Shown here piece by piece: positions 20,739-31,700 of a stretch of DNA of 64,000 bases. Each line of letters begins with the position of its first letter. Positions within the stretch are counted from its first letter, which is position 1. Source of the stretch: Cenarchaeum sp. (lineage in GTDB: Archaea; Thermoproteota; Nitrososphaeria; Nitrososphaerales; Nitrosopumilaceae); assembly GCA_963692915.1 (NCBI GenBank), contig OY843584.1:736001-800000 (forward strand). Reading direction: 5' to 3'. The translations under genes and the position numbers were made by a program. Under the pieces are notes generated by a model. That model worked only from the letters and a program-made list of their open reading frames with translations. It ran no database searches and was not told the origin of the DNA.

Positions 20739-21506
20739 CTAATCCGCCAATGCTGCGATCACAGCATCAAGCGCGCCGGCTACCGTGTGCGTCGAGGCCG
20801 TCGCGTGGCTCAGACCCGCCCTTTCCATCTCCATGGAGGTGAAAGGCCCTATGGCCACAGGCGCCACGGGCGCCACGCCAGAGATCGCAAGGAACGCGCG
20901 AACCGACGAGGCGCTCGTGAATATGGTCGCCGCGATGCGGCCCTTCGCGGCGAGGCGGCCAAACTCGTCCCAGTCACCCCCCTTGCCATCGGGCACGACA
21001 TCGTACATTTGCGTCTCGGTGACGCGCATGCCGATCTTTTCGAGCAAGAGGCGCAAAAATTCCCCCGAGGCCGCACTGCGCGGCATTATCACGCCCCTGC
21101 CGGCGGCGCGCAGGGACGTAAAGAGCTCGCCGAGGCCCACTGACGAGTGGACCGAGGGAACGTGCGAGACGCGGATGCGCTCGGCCTCAACGGCTGCGCG
21201 CGTTTTAGGACCAATTGCCACAACTCCGGCCCCCATTATGGCCTCACGCATCTCGGCTCCAATCGAGGCGGCGCGTGCGGCCTCAAAGAGCGAGCTGACC
21301 GCACGCGAGCTTAGAAACACCACATAGTCTGGATCGTCTTTGCGCAGAGCCTCCAGAAACTCGACTGCCGCGCCGGCCCCACGCGCGACTAGCCGTATCG
21401 TGGGAAGGGCAAGCGGCACGCCACCCCTTGAGCGCACGAGCTCGCAAAACTCCACTGCATCAGCGGGCGCGCGCGTTATGGCAACGGCCGCACCGTTCAG
21501 GCTCAC
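20739..21506 (-). CDS. hemD: Uroporphyrinogen-III synthase
   Basis: [27 protein letters not shown]; hem cluster context. Confidence 0.88.
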   Translation of the reverse strand: MSLNGAAVAITRAPADAVEFCELVRSRGGVPLALPTIRLVARGAGAAVEFLEALRKDDPDYVVFLSSRAVSSLFEAARAASIGAEMREAIMGAGVVAIGPKTRAAVEAERIRVSHVPSVHSSVGLGELFTSLRAAGRGVIMPRSAASGEFLRLLLEKIGMRVTETQMYDVVPDGKGGDWDEFGRLAAKGRIAATIFTSASSVRAFLAISGVAPVAPVAIGPFTSMEMERAGLSHATASTHTVAGALDAVIAALAD

Positions 21507-22243
21507 TTTGTCCCAGTCCTTTCGGCAAGTCCAACGACATGGCCAACGATGATTATTGCGGGTGCGCGAATTCCCTCGCGCGAGACAATGTCGGCAATGT
21601 CGGCAAGCGTTCCCTTTACTGTCACCTGCTTTGGTGTTGTGCCCTCCTGTATCACGGCAACCGGCGTTGCCTGGTCCAGTCCGCCCTCGACGAGACGTGC
21701 GCATATCTGCCGAATGCGCCCAAGTCCCATCATTATCACGATCGTGTCCACAGCACCGGCGAGATCATTCCAGTGGACGGCATCGGTGCCCTTTGTGGGA
21801 TCCTCATGCCCTGTCACAAACGCGACAGAAGAGGACGTGCCACGGTGCGTCAGCGGTATTCCCGCATATGTGGCAGACGCCATGCCCGACGTTATTCCGG
21901 GAACAAGCTCGCACTCGATTCCACGCGCGCGCAAAAACTCGGCCTCCTCCCCGCCACGCCCAAAGATGTTCGGATCGCCGCCCTTGAGGCGCACTACCAT
22001 GCTTCCCCCTGACGCGTGGCGAACCATGGCCTCGTTCGTCGAGTCCTGGTGCGAGGCGTCATCGCCCACCGCGCGCCCAACGTATTCCCTTGTGGCCGAC
22101 TCGCCGGCCATCGCGAGTATCTCGTCGCTGACAAGGCGGTCATAGAGTATGACATCGGCCGTTCGCAGGAGCTCGGCAACCCTGAGCGTGAGGAGTCCTG
22201 GGTCGCCGGGACCGGCTCCAACTAGGTATACCTTGCCGCTCAT
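21503..22243 (-). CDS. cobA: Uroporphyrinogen-III C-methyltransferase
   Basis: VYLVGAGPGDPGLLT, RLKGGDPNIFGRGGEE. Confidence 0.95.
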   Translation of the reverse strand: MSGKVYLVGAGPGDPGLLTLRVAELLRTADVILYDRLVSDEILAMAGESATREYVGRAVGDDASHQDSTNEAMVRHASGGSMVVRLKGGDPNIFGRGGEEAEFLRARGIECELVPGITSGMASATYAGIPLTHRGTSSSVAFVTGHEDPTKGTDAVHWNDLAGAVDTIVIMMGLGRIRQICARLVEGGLDQATPVAVIQEGTTPKQVTVKGTLADIADIVSREGIRAPAIIIVGHVVGLAERTGTK

Positions 22244-23178
22244 CTTGTGTTCCACTCGGCGACCTTCTCCCGCCAATTAAATGCAAGGCGCTCAACTCCA
22301 CGCTCGCGCAGAATCGCGCCTGCCAGCCGGCCAACGCCGGCAGCGTCTGCTGCCGAACCGGTCGACTCGGCCTCTATGCGCTCCGAGCCGTCAACGGAGA
22401 AGGCAACTGCACGCATTGTGATGCTGCCTTCAGAGAATGACGCATGGGCGCCCACCGGAAACCTGCACCCCGAGCCTATTTCGCCAGAGAGTGCACGCTC
22501 TGCGTCGGCCTCGGCGCGAGAGCCGGCATCCTCTATTGTGCGCAAGAGTGCCACAGTATGTGCGTCATCGGCGCGCGCTACTAGCGCAAGGGCGCCCTGA
22601 CCCGGCGAGGGCACAAAGGAGTCAAGGCCGAGATCGGTAAACCCAACATCTGCCTCTATTCCAAGGCGTGTGAGTCCGGCTCGCGCGAGAACCACGGCAT
22701 CGAGTTCACCACGCTCCACTAGCGAGACGCGCGTGTCGACGTTTCCGCGCACGGGATTTACGCGCACGTCGGGGCGCGCACGACTCATCTGCACTGCGCG
22801 GCGCAGGCTACTCGTTCCAATCTCAGCACCGCGCCGAAGCGACTCCATTCCCAGTCCACCTTGCGTGACTAGCACGTCACCGGGCATCTCGCGGCGCGGC
22901 ACGCATGCAAGGGTCAGGCCTTCAGGGATCTCCGAGGGCACGTCCTTCATGCTGTGTACGGCAAAGTCAACCTCGCCGAGTGCGACCTTGGCGTCGATCT
23001 CTTTTTCGAATATGCCCTTTTGGTCGATTGCAAAGAGTGGCCGCGCATCAGTGTCCCCGCGCGTGCTTATTGTCTTGATCTCAAACCCCTCGCCCGCATT
23101 TGCTTCTTCGAGCTGGCCGACGACCCAGCGTGTCTGTGCCATCGAGAGTCGGCTTGCGCGCGTGCCGATACGCCTCAG
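22240..23178 (-). CDS. hemC: Hydroxymethylbilane synthase (CTG start inferred)
   Basis: IGTRASRLSMAQ, VHSMKDVP, GTSSLRR, RGNVDTR, GCRFPVG. Confidence 0.93.
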   Translation of the reverse strand: MRRIGTRASRLSMAQTRWVVGQLEEANAGEGFEIKTISTRGDTDARPLFAIDQKGIFEKEIDAKVALGEVDFAVHSMKDVPSEIPEGLTLACVPRREMPGDVLVTQGGLGMESLRRGAEIGTSSLRRAVQMSRARPDVRVNPVRGNVDTRVSLVERGELDAVVLARAGLTRLGIEADVGFTDLGLDSFVPSPGQGALALVARADDAHTVALLRTIEDAGSRAEADAERALSGEIGSGCRFPVGAHASFSEGSITMRAVAFSVDGSERIEAESTGSAADAAGVGRLAGAILRERGVERLAFNWREKVAEWNTR

Positions 23179-24446
23179 TTCGCGACACCTGCCAGGGACA
23201 CCTCGTATGCGCGTGCGACACGCGAGAGGTCCGCATCAGTGTGCGCCGAGCACAGGAACGAGACCTCAAACTGCGAGGGCGGCACAAATACGCCATTGGC
23301 GCGCAAGAGTTCAGCAAGCCTCGCAAAGCGCACGCGATCAGAGGCCATCGCCGAGGCGCGATCCGTGACTGCAGAGTCTCCAAAAAAGACCTGGAACATC
23401 GAGGAGACCCTGTTTATCGTGTGCGGCACGCCTAGCGAGCCGGCCGAGTCATGAATGCCCGATGTGAGGCGTGCACACGCGCGATCAAGGCGCGAGTACA
23501 TTCGCGCCCCGAGCCGGCGCGCCTGCCTGATTGCCGCAATGGCCGCACTCACGGACACGGGGTTTCCGGCAAACGTGCTTGCCTGATACACCTTGCCATG
23601 GGGCGCAAGTGACTCCATAATGTCGCGGCGCCCGCCGAGGGCCGCTATCGGAAACCCGCCGCCAAGAGCCTTTCCAAGCGTCGTAATGTCTGGCCTCACG
23701 CCATAGTGACCCTGTGCGCCGCCCGGACCCATCCTGTATCCCGTGACAGTCTCGTCAAATATCAGAAGCGCACCATGCGAGCGTGCAATCCTGGCCACGC
23801 GGCGGAGAAATCCCCTTGCCGGCAGCACAAGGCCCATGTTGGCCATGACTGGCTCTATGATAACTGCGGCCACATTGTCTCCCATGACACGCTCGACGGA
23901 CTCGGCATCATTGTACTGTGCAACGAGCGTCTCGCGCGCGGCGGCACCAAGCGAGCCGGCCGAGTCGGTGAGCCCATAGTGCGCAACGCCCGAGCCGGCG
24001 CGAACTAGCGCATAGTCATGCGCGCCATGATAGCACCCGTCAAACTTTACTATCTTGGTGCGCCCCGTGTACCCGCGCGCCAGCCGTATGGCAGCCATTG
24101 TCGCCTCCATGCCCGTGTTGACAAGCCGCACGCGGCGCATCGAGGGGTATCCGCGAGAGATTAGCTCGGCCAGCTCGGTCTCGGCCTCTGTCGGTGCACA
24201 GTAAAGTGTGCCCCGCCGGAGCTGTCCGGAGACTGCTGACATTACTGCGGGGTTTCGGTGGCCAAGCAGCATTGCGCCATACGCGCAGCAGAGATCGACA
24301 TACCTCTTTCCGTCCACGTCCCAGAGTGCCCCTCCGCGAGCGCGCTCGACAAAAAACGGGTACGGGTCATAGTGCCGTATGGGGCTGTTCACCCCGGATG
24401 CCACTGCGCGAAGGGCGCGCGCGTAGAGCTTGGCTGACCTGTCCAT
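23175..24446 (-). CDS. hemL: Glutamate-1-semialdehyde 2,1-aminomutase
   Basis: GVNSPIR, NTGMEATM, GCYHG, LGKALGGG. Confidence 0.95.
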   Translation of the reverse strand: MDRSAKLYARALRAVASGVNSPIRHYDPYPFFVERARGGALWDVDGKRYVDLCCAYGAMLLGHRNPAVMSAVSGQLRRGTLYCAPTEAETELAELISRGYPSMRRVRLVNTGMEATMAAIRLARGYTGRTKIVKFDGCYHGAHDYALVRAGSGVAHYGLTDSAGSLGAAARETLVAQYNDAESVERVMGDNVAAVIIEPVMANMGLVLPARGFLRRVARIARSHGALLIFDETVTGYRMGPGGAQGHYGVRPDITTLGKALGGGFPIAALGGRRDIMESLAPHGKVYQASTFAGNPVSVSAAIAAIRQARRLGARMYSRLDRACARLTSGIHDSAGSLGVPHTINRVSSMFQVFFGDSAVTDRASAMASDRVRFARLAELLRANGVFVPPSQFEVSFLCSAHTDADLSRVARAYEVSLAGVAN

Positions 24447-24623
24447 TACAGGATGCGCGCGCCCCCGAGTCGCTATATTAGCTTCGGGGTGCGACGAGGA
24501 TGATATTGGCAGTTTGACCATCAAGAACTGACGAGTGTGCGCATGGGCACGTCTTCTGCCCCGTCTAGCAACCTAGTCGTGCTGGCCGATGCCGGTGTCC
24601 ACACTCAGCGCCCAATCTCAGGC

Positions 24624-25406
24624 TCACGCGGTGGCCTCTAGTGTCGCCATCGCCTCATCAACGCTTGCGCTGTCATGGACGATGCTGCGAACCGCACGGA
24701 TCATCGGAACGGGACGCTCAGACTGCCAAATGTTGCGACCCATGTCAACTCCGGCAGCACCTGCGCTGATCGACGAGTGGACGAGCTCTAGTGCCTCACG
24801 CTCTGGCACCTTTGGGCCGCCGGCGACAATTATCGGGACGGGGCATGACTCGACGACCTTTTCAAAGTTCTCGCAGTGGTATGTCTTTACCATGTGAGCG
24901 CCAAACTCGGCTGCAATGCGGCACGCCAGCGAGAGGTAGCGCGCGTCGCGCTTTTCGAGCTCCTTGCCGACTGCCGTCACGGCAAGAACCGGCATGCCAA
25001 CGGGTGCGGCCTCGTCGACGAGCCTGCCAAGTGAGGCCAGCGTCTGATGCTCGTGGCCGGCGCCCACAAATATCGACATTGCCACTGCAGACGCGTTGAG
25101 GCGAACCGCCTCGTCCATACCAGTCGTTATGACCTCGTTGGAGAGGTCGGCTCCTATGATGCTGCTGCCACCAGACACGCGCAGGACGACGGGAACTGCG
25201 CTAGAGGCCGGAACCGACGTGCGCAGGACCCCGCGCGTGAGCATGAGCGAGTCACAATGCTCCACGAGCGGCTCGATGGCCGCAGACGGCCTCTCTAGGC
25301 ACCTAGTAGGACCCATAAAGTAGCCGTGGTCAACTGCGAGCATGACGCCGCGTCCAGTCGAGGGGCGGATTATCCTCGCCATGCGGCTCTCAAGACCCCA
25401 GTCCAT
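24624..25406 (-). CDS. DhnA/LsrF-type class I aldolase/thiolase
   Basis: MLAVDHG, VKT, IIVAGGPK, GVDMGRNIWQ. Confidence 0.88.
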   Translation of the reverse strand: MDWGLESRMARIIRPSTGRGVMLAVDHGYFMGPTRCLERPSAAIEPLVEHCDSLMLTRGVLRTSVPASSAVPVVLRVSGGSSIIGADLSNEVITTGMDEAVRLNASAVAMSIFVGAGHEHQTLASLGRLVDEAAPVGMPVLAVTAVGKELEKRDARYLSLACRIAAEFGAHMVKTYHCENFEKVVESCPVPIIVAGGPKVPEREALELVHSSISAGAAGVDMGRNIWQSERPVPMIRAVRSIVHDSASVDEAMATLEATA

Positions 25407-25439
25407 GGCAGGCACCGCCGTGCGCGCGTATCTTAAGCC

Positions 25440-26456
25440 TTACTCGGTTATGACAATCTTCATCGCCGACTCGCCGCTGCGCGCGCGCTCAAAGGCGGCG
25501 CCTGCCTCGCCGAGCGGGTAGCGGTGCGTGATGAGGCGGTTGACGTCAATGCGCCCGTCTGATATAATGTCCAGGGCCTTGCGCGTGTCCACGTCAGATG
25601 CCGCATAGCTGGAGCGGATCAGTATGCCGCGCGAGTAGAGATCGCCGGCATCAAGCTCAAGTGTCGAGCCGCGCGGGGGCACGCCAAAGACCATAACCGT
25701 CCCGCCGTCACGGGCCATCATCACCGCATCAGCAATTGCGCGCACGTTCCCTGTCGCGACGATTACGGCGTCGGCTCCATTACCCCCTGTTGCCCCACGC
25801 ACGCAGTCAATGCCGAGCTCCGGCCTGACGGCCTCAGTTGCCCCAAGGTCGCGCGCAAATCCCACCCTGTACTCGTTGGTGTCAGTGCAGATCGCCGCAA
25901 TTCCGCGCGAGCGCGCAATCATCGAGTGCATTATTCCAGTCGGCCCACACCCGAGTATTGCCACAGTGTCTCCCTCTGTGCACGGGATCGTCGACCACGC
26001 CCTGATGCAGCATGCCAGCGGCTCTATCATTGCGGCCTGCTCAAATGTCACGTGGTCTGGAAGCCTCAGAACCCCACCACGCGAGACGTTCTGGGCAGGC
26101 ACGGCATAGTGCTCGGCCAAGCCGCACGGCGAGAGGTTTGTGAGCGCGTATTGTGCGCAGAGTGTCTCCTCGCCGCGCATGCAGTGACGGCACGAGCCGC
26201 ACGAAACGTGGTGGTGCGTAAAGACCCTGTCGCCGACGTTGATGTCGGTAACTCCAGAGCCCACTGCGGTGACCGTTCCGGCCGGCTCGTGGCCAAGGCG
26301 CATTGAGGGTTTTGCGTACATGCCATACACCTTTTCGAGGTCAGACCCGCATATGCCACATGCGCGCATACGCACGACGATCCCGCCGTTCTGGGTCTCG
26401 GGCATGTCGGCCTCGCGAACCTCGACGCGCCTCTCACCCACAAACGCCGCCTTCAT
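25440..26456 (-). CDS. Zn-dependent alcohol/sugar dehydrogenase
   Basis: CGICGSD, GHEPAG, CGSCRHC, GCGPTG. Confidence 0.9.
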   Translation of the reverse strand: MKAAFVGERRVEVREADMPETQNGGIVVRMRACGICGSDLEKVYGMYAKPSMRLGHEPAGTVTAVGSGVTDINVGDRVFTHHHVSCGSCRHCMRGEETLCAQYALTNLSPCGLAEHYAVPAQNVSRGGVLRLPDHVTFEQAAMIEPLACCIRAWSTIPCTEGDTVAILGCGPTGIMHSMIARSRGIAAICTDTNEYRVGFARDLGATEAVRPELGIDCVRGATGGNGADAVIVATGNVRAIADAVMMARDGGTVMVFGVPPRGSTLELDAGDLYSRGILIRSSYAASDVDTRKALDIISDGRIDVNRLITHRYPLGEAGAAFERARSGESAMKIVITE

Positions 26457-26503
26457 GGATCCATGCGCAGGCACATCCGAATAAAACCCTACCCTGCGAT
26501 ACC

Positions 26504-26797
26504 CTACATTCCAAGTATCTTTTTGAGCATTGCGCGATAGTCGACATCGGCCTTTGTGGCACCGCTCGCCGGAAGCGCAAAGACGAGCGTCTCACGCTCT
26601 GCCCTGAGTCTCGTGATCTCGTCGTCTATTGGTCCGGCAACGTCATCGGCGACTAGGACTAGCCCAACGTCGGGATCTTTGGTTAGCTGCCTGATGCTGT
26701 CAAGTGCGGCCTCGGGCGTCTCGGTGATAGTGCCTTCCACGCCGGCGAGCTGAAAGCTCGTCACAAACGACCTCTTGCCGACAGTCACAATCCTCAC
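26504..26797 (-). CDS. atpF: A/V-type ATP synthase subunit F
   Basis: RIVTVGKRSFVTSFQLAGVEG...YRAMLKKILG; GTG start inferred. Confidence 0.85.
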   Translation of the reverse strand: MRIVTVGKRSFVTSFQLAGVEGTITETPEAALDSIRQLTKDPDVGLVLVADDVAGPIDDEITRLRAERETLVFALPASGATKADVDYRAMLKKILGM

Positions 26798-26932
26798 TGT
26801 GTCCGAAGGGCGCCGCACGTTCACATTTAACCCTTTTTTGGGAACCTTGGACGCGTATTGTCCAGGGTTTGCGTACGCTCGCGTGAACGGCGGAAAAGTT
26901 GATAAACCGCCGCATGGAGGCACGTCGCAGAC

Positions 26933-27235
26933 ATGGAAGGCCATGAGATCGACGCGGTGCGCTCTGTATACCTGTTCCTTCATGGCAGGATGGATCTCCA
27001 TGACAAGGCAATGGCGGCCTTGACGAATGCCGGCTTTACGGCATCAAGGGTTCAGCTCGCCGTGCCGACAAAGGTTGGCGAGGTTGGTGACTATATGGCC
27101 ATGACGTGGATGCCGCCAAACCCAGATCACATAAAGATCCAAAAGATAACTGCAGTAAAGGCCGTTGAGGCTCAGGGAATGGAAGGCCTCTGGCGCGGCG
27201 CCGAAAAGGAAGACCTCTTTGATGTGCCCCTCTAG
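26933..27235 (+). CDS. Conserved hypothetical protein
   Basis: Coding-like composition; TATA-like box upstream; tail-to-tail overlap with next gene. Confidence 0.65.
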   Translation: MEGHEIDAVRSVYLFLHGRMDLHDKAMAALTNAGFTASRVQLAVPTKVGEVGDYMAMTWMPPNPDHIKIQKITAVKAVEAQGMEGLWRGAEKEDLFDVPL

Positions 27236-27609
27236 GCACCGTATCGAGCCACTATCTCCTTTAGCTTGTTGACAATCTCAAACTTGCGTGTGACTGACGT
27301 CTCGGGCTCGACGGTCACAAATATCGTATGCTCTCTCGAGTAGATGACTAGTTGCGTGACGCGCTCGCGCTCCACATGGACAAAGCGAACCTTGCCGAGC
27401 GTATCGTCAAATCCCTCGCGCATGCGCCGCCTCTCGGCAATCTGGTGGCAAAAGTGCTCATCCTCACGCTGCGTGGCAAGTGATGACTTTTCCTCCTTCA
27501 TGATCCCCTCGACTATGTCACCGTCGAGCCCTATTATGCCCACAAAGCGCATCGAGTCATCCATAGCCACGATCTCCTCGGCCATTTGCTGAAGGTCAAT
27601 CTCGGCCAT
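27232..27609 (-). CDS. Roadblock/PAS-like thaumarchaeal small protein
   Basis: MRFVGII...G...LGKVRFVHVERERV pattern. Confidence 0.65.
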   Translation of the reverse strand: MAEIDLQQMAEEIVAMDDSMRFVGIIGLDGDIVEGIMKEEKSSLATQREDEHFCHQIAERRRMREGFDDTLGKVRFVHVERERVTQLVIYSREHTIFVTVEPETSVTRKFEIVNKLKEIVARYGA

Positions 27610-27638
27610 CGCCCACAGCCGTGCAGAACCCGAATATA

Positions 27639-27911
27639 TTATTTAGTGGCGTGTGTGGTCCAGATGTCACCGAGGAGACCTCGCACAAACGCGTCAAACT
27701 CGTCATCAGAGAACGTGACAGTCTCGCAACCGTCACCAAGAGCAGCTCCCACATGAGCACACTCTGAGCCCCTAAAGTGAAATGACTCGCACGAGCACAC
27801 GCGCATGTCAGGATCAACCCAGTGCTCACCACCACGGCCAACGACGGTGAACACGCGCCGTCCGCTAGGCACAAAGGCGTGAACCTTTGCGCTCATGCTG
27901 CTTACCTCCAC
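27639..27911 (-). CDS. SWIM-type zinc finger protein
   Basis: CSCESFHFRGSECAH. Confidence 0.7.
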   Translation of the reverse strand: MEVSSMSAKVHAFVPSGRRVFTVVGRGGEHWVDPDMRVCSCESFHFRGSECAHVGAALGDGCETVTFSDDEFDAFVRGLLGDIWTTHATK

Positions 27912-27952
27912 AAGGGTTTAATCAGATAACTGGCGTATAACCCTACCGTACA

Positions 27953-28714
27953 ATGGCGACAGCGACGGCCGTGGTTCCCGAGGCAGCCCTCTTAGTCGAG
28001 GAGGGTGCCGAACGCACGCTCGCAGTTGCCGACGTGCACGTTGGCTTTGAGGCCATGATGGCCGTCAGGGGAGTGCGCATGAAAAGCGAAGGATCTGCAC
28101 GTGAGATGGCCGAGGCGATTGCGCGCGTTGCCACTAGCGCACGCGCCACACGGATTGCGCTCCTAGGCGACACAAAGGCCGGCACGTCGCGCATAGCAAG
28201 CCAGGAGTGGGACACCGTGCCGGCGTTCCTCTCGCGCCTCGCCGATGCGGCCGAGACTGTGGTCATACCCGGCAACCACGATGCCGGAATTGCGCATCTC
28301 CTGCCTGATGGCGTCTCAATGTCTGCACCATCCGGAATTGTCATCGGTGACACACTCCTTACGCATGGCCACGCCATGCCGTCCGGAAACCTTGGCGGCG
28401 TCTCACGAATTGTCATGGGACATGCGCACCCTGTGGTTCGTGACGCATCATCGGTTCTTGGTGGGCAGCGCGTCTGGGCATCAATGGTCATCGAGCGCGA
28501 CTGCGTCTTTGCATCATACAGGGGAACCCTCGAGGTAACCATAGTGCCATCGTTTAACCGCTATATCGCCGCACCACCGGGGCGCGCAACAGGGCGCGCG
28601 CGCTCACCGATACTCGAGCGCGCGAGGCGCGGGGTCATCTCGGCCAAGGTCATCACGCTTGACGGTGCCATACTTGACGATGGGCCATCAGCGCTCGACG
28701 GTGTCATCTGGTAG
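27953..28714 (+). CDS. Metallophosphoesterase (ICC-like)
   Basis: ADVHVG, LGD, GNHD, THGH, GHAHP, PSFN. Confidence 0.88.
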   Translation: MATATAVVPEAALLVEEGAERTLAVADVHVGFEAMMAVRGVRMKSEGSAREMAEAIARVATSARATRIALLGDTKAGTSRIASQEWDTVPAFLSRLADAAETVVIPGNHDAGIAHLLPDGVSMSAPSGIVIGDTLLTHGHAMPSGNLGGVSRIVMGHAHPVVRDASSVLGGQRVWASMVIERDCVFASYRGTLEVTIVPSFNRYIAAPPGRATGRARSPILERARRGVISAKVITLDGAILDDGPSALDGVIW

Positions 28715-31700
28715 AGCGTCATATGGCTCTAGCGCGTGGCGTGTCGTCCTGTTTGAACGGAGCCACTCTAGCGTCTTAACAAACGACTCGGCAAGCTCGG
28801 GGGTTGTAAGAACCGGTATGCCAAGCTCTGTTGCCTTGCGTCGTATCTGGTATTCGTCATAGAGCATGCCGACATATTTTTCCATCGTTGATGTGCTAGG
28901 GATGTTTATGATAAAGCTGATCTTGCGCTCATAAAGAAGATCCGCTATGTTGGGCTTGCGGTCAGGCTCGCTTATCTTGTGAACAGTTCCGACGTCACTC
29001 ATGCGTCCTCGCAAAAACTCGGCTGTGTGCTCTGTTGCGAGTATGTCAAATCCAAGATCTCCAAGGCGTGCGATGGTGCGCATGAGGCGCTCACGGTTGT
29101 GCTCGCCACCGATCGTGACTAGAGCCGTGCCCGAGGCAGGCAGGTTGTATCCCACCGACGTGAGGGCCTTTGAGAGTGCATCATAAAAGCTCGTTCCAAA
29201 GCATGCGGCCTCTCCAGTGGACTGCATCTCGACGCCGAGCACGATGTCGGCCCCATCAAGCTGCATAAAGGAGAACTGCGGGGCCTTTATGCCGTGTGTG
29301 TTGGCCGGCACGCCTGCGCCGGGGAGCGACTCGGGCACGCGGTTTCCGAGTATCGCCGAGGCGGCCATCTCGATCAGGTTTGTTCTTGTGAGCTTTGAGA
29401 CAAACGGCATTGAGCGCGACGCGCGGATGTTGAGCTCGATGACATAGGGCACTCCCTCGTGGATAAGGAACTGGAGGTTAAACGGGCCGCGCACATTAAA
29501 CTCTGGAACGATGCTGCGCGTATAGCCTTCGATCGCCTCGATCGTGCTGGATCCGAGGCGCCATGGCGGTATGCACATCATCGCATCACCCGAGTGGACT
29601 CCCGCACTGTCAATGTGCTCGACTATGGCGCCGATAAAGACGTGCTCGCCATCGCACACGCCATCAACGTCGACCTCCAGAGAGTTGAGCATGAACTTGG
29701 ATATGACAACAGGGTGGTCCGGTGAGAGTGTCGTGGCGTCGCGTATATAGGAGCTCAGCTCACTCTGTGACCAAACCACCCTCATCGCCGCGCCGCTAAG
29801 CACGTACGATGGCCGGACAATTACAGGGTACCCGACGCGCTGCGCGAACGTGCGCGCCTCGTCCATGCTCGAGAACGCCTGCCAGGGCGGCTGCTTTATG
29901 TGGAGCGAGTCAAGTATGCCGCTAAACGTCGAGCGGTTCTCGGCCCTGTCAATGTCAGTTGCCGCTGTGCCGAGTATGTGCACGCCGCGCTCGGCGAGGC
30001 TTGGTGTCAGGTTGTTTGCGGTCTGTCCACCGACGCAGGTGACCGTGCCTCGCGGTGACTCAAAGTCCGATATGTCAAGTATTCGCTCAAGCGTGAGCTC
30101 CTCAAAGTAGAGCCGGTTGCAGATGTCATAGTCAGTCGACACTGTTTCAGGGTTGCAGTTGACCAGGGCGATCTCGGTGTCTGGCTGCGCAAGTCCCCAA
30201 ACCATGTTTACCGTGCCCCAGTCAAACTCGACGCTACTGCCAATGCGGTAGGGGCCGGCACCCAATATGACGATACTGGAGGAATTGCGCGGCGACTCTA
30301 TGTCATCCGAGTCGCCACCGTACGTCATGTAGAGATAGTTAGTCTGGGCAGGCCATTCGGCGGCAAGCGTGTCTATCTGCTTTACGCACGGCACAATTCC
30401 CATGCGCTTTCTCTCCTCGCGGATGCTGTCAGGAGACGAGTTTTGAGCGCGTGCGACTTGCGCATCAGAGAAGCCCAGACGCTTTGCGCGCCGGAGGGAC
30501 TTGGCCTCAAGCGAGTCGCGTCCCAGGCCATCTGCAACGCCGACGATATTGCGCACCTTTTCTACAAACCACTCGTCAATGTATGACAGGCGCGTTATCT
30601 TTTCAGTGTCCATTCCTGCACTGATTGCGCGCGCTACCCAGTAGAGTATCATGTCATCGGGCCTGCGCAGGGCGTGCTCTATGGCCTCCTCATCAGCAGA
30701 CGTCACGTCGTTGCGGTTTAAGACGAGTCCGTCAAGTCCCGTGTCAAGCATGCGTATGGACTTTTGGAGTGCCTCCTCAAACGTACGCCCTATGCCCATG
30801 ACCTCGCCGACTGACTTCATTGTCGGTCCCAAGTTACGCTCGGCGAGCTCAAACTTTGCAAAGTCCCAGCGCGGATGTTTGCAGACGACATAGTCAAGCG
30901 AGGGCTCAAAACACGCAGTAGTCGACTTTGTTATGCGGTTTGCAAGCTCGGGTAGTGAGTATCCAAGGCCGATCTTGGCTGACATGTACGCCAAGGGGTA
31001 TCCCGTGGCCTTGCTCGCAAGAGCCGATGAGCGCGACAGGCGCGGGTTTACCTCAATGGCCGCATGTCGACCCGTACGCGGATCGAGGGCAAACTGGATG
31101 TTGCACTCGCCGATGATCCCCACATGCGACGTTGCTCTCAGTGACGCAGACCGGAGCGTGTGATACTCAGTGTTGTCTATGGTCTGCGATGGGGCAACTA
31201 CAATGTTGTCACCAGTGTGAACTCGCATCGAGAGGACATTCTCCATGTTGCACACGATGACGCTGTTCTTAAGGGAGTCTCGCATGACCTCGTACTCTAT
31301 CTGCTTCCAGTCCCCGACGTACTCCTCTATGAGAACCTGCCCGACGAGGCTTGCGGCCATCCCACGACCCACGATCTCGTGGAGCTCGATCTCGTTGCGT
31401 GCCACACCGCCGCCCTTGCCGCCAAGCGTGTACGCCACACGCACGATAACGGGATAGCCGATCTCGGCGGCGGCCTCGTGCGCTGCCTCAAACGTCGTGA
31501 CCGTGTGGCTGCGCAACATGGGCACGCCACACTCGCGCATCGACTCCTTGAAGAGGCGTCGATCCTCGGTTCGGCGTATCCCGTCGACCTGCGTGCCAAG
31601 GACGCGAACCGAGTACTTTGAGAGCACGCCGGACTCGTCGAGGCCAACGCCACAGTTGAGCGACGTCTGGCCGCCGTAGGCGAGCATGAGCGCATCAGGC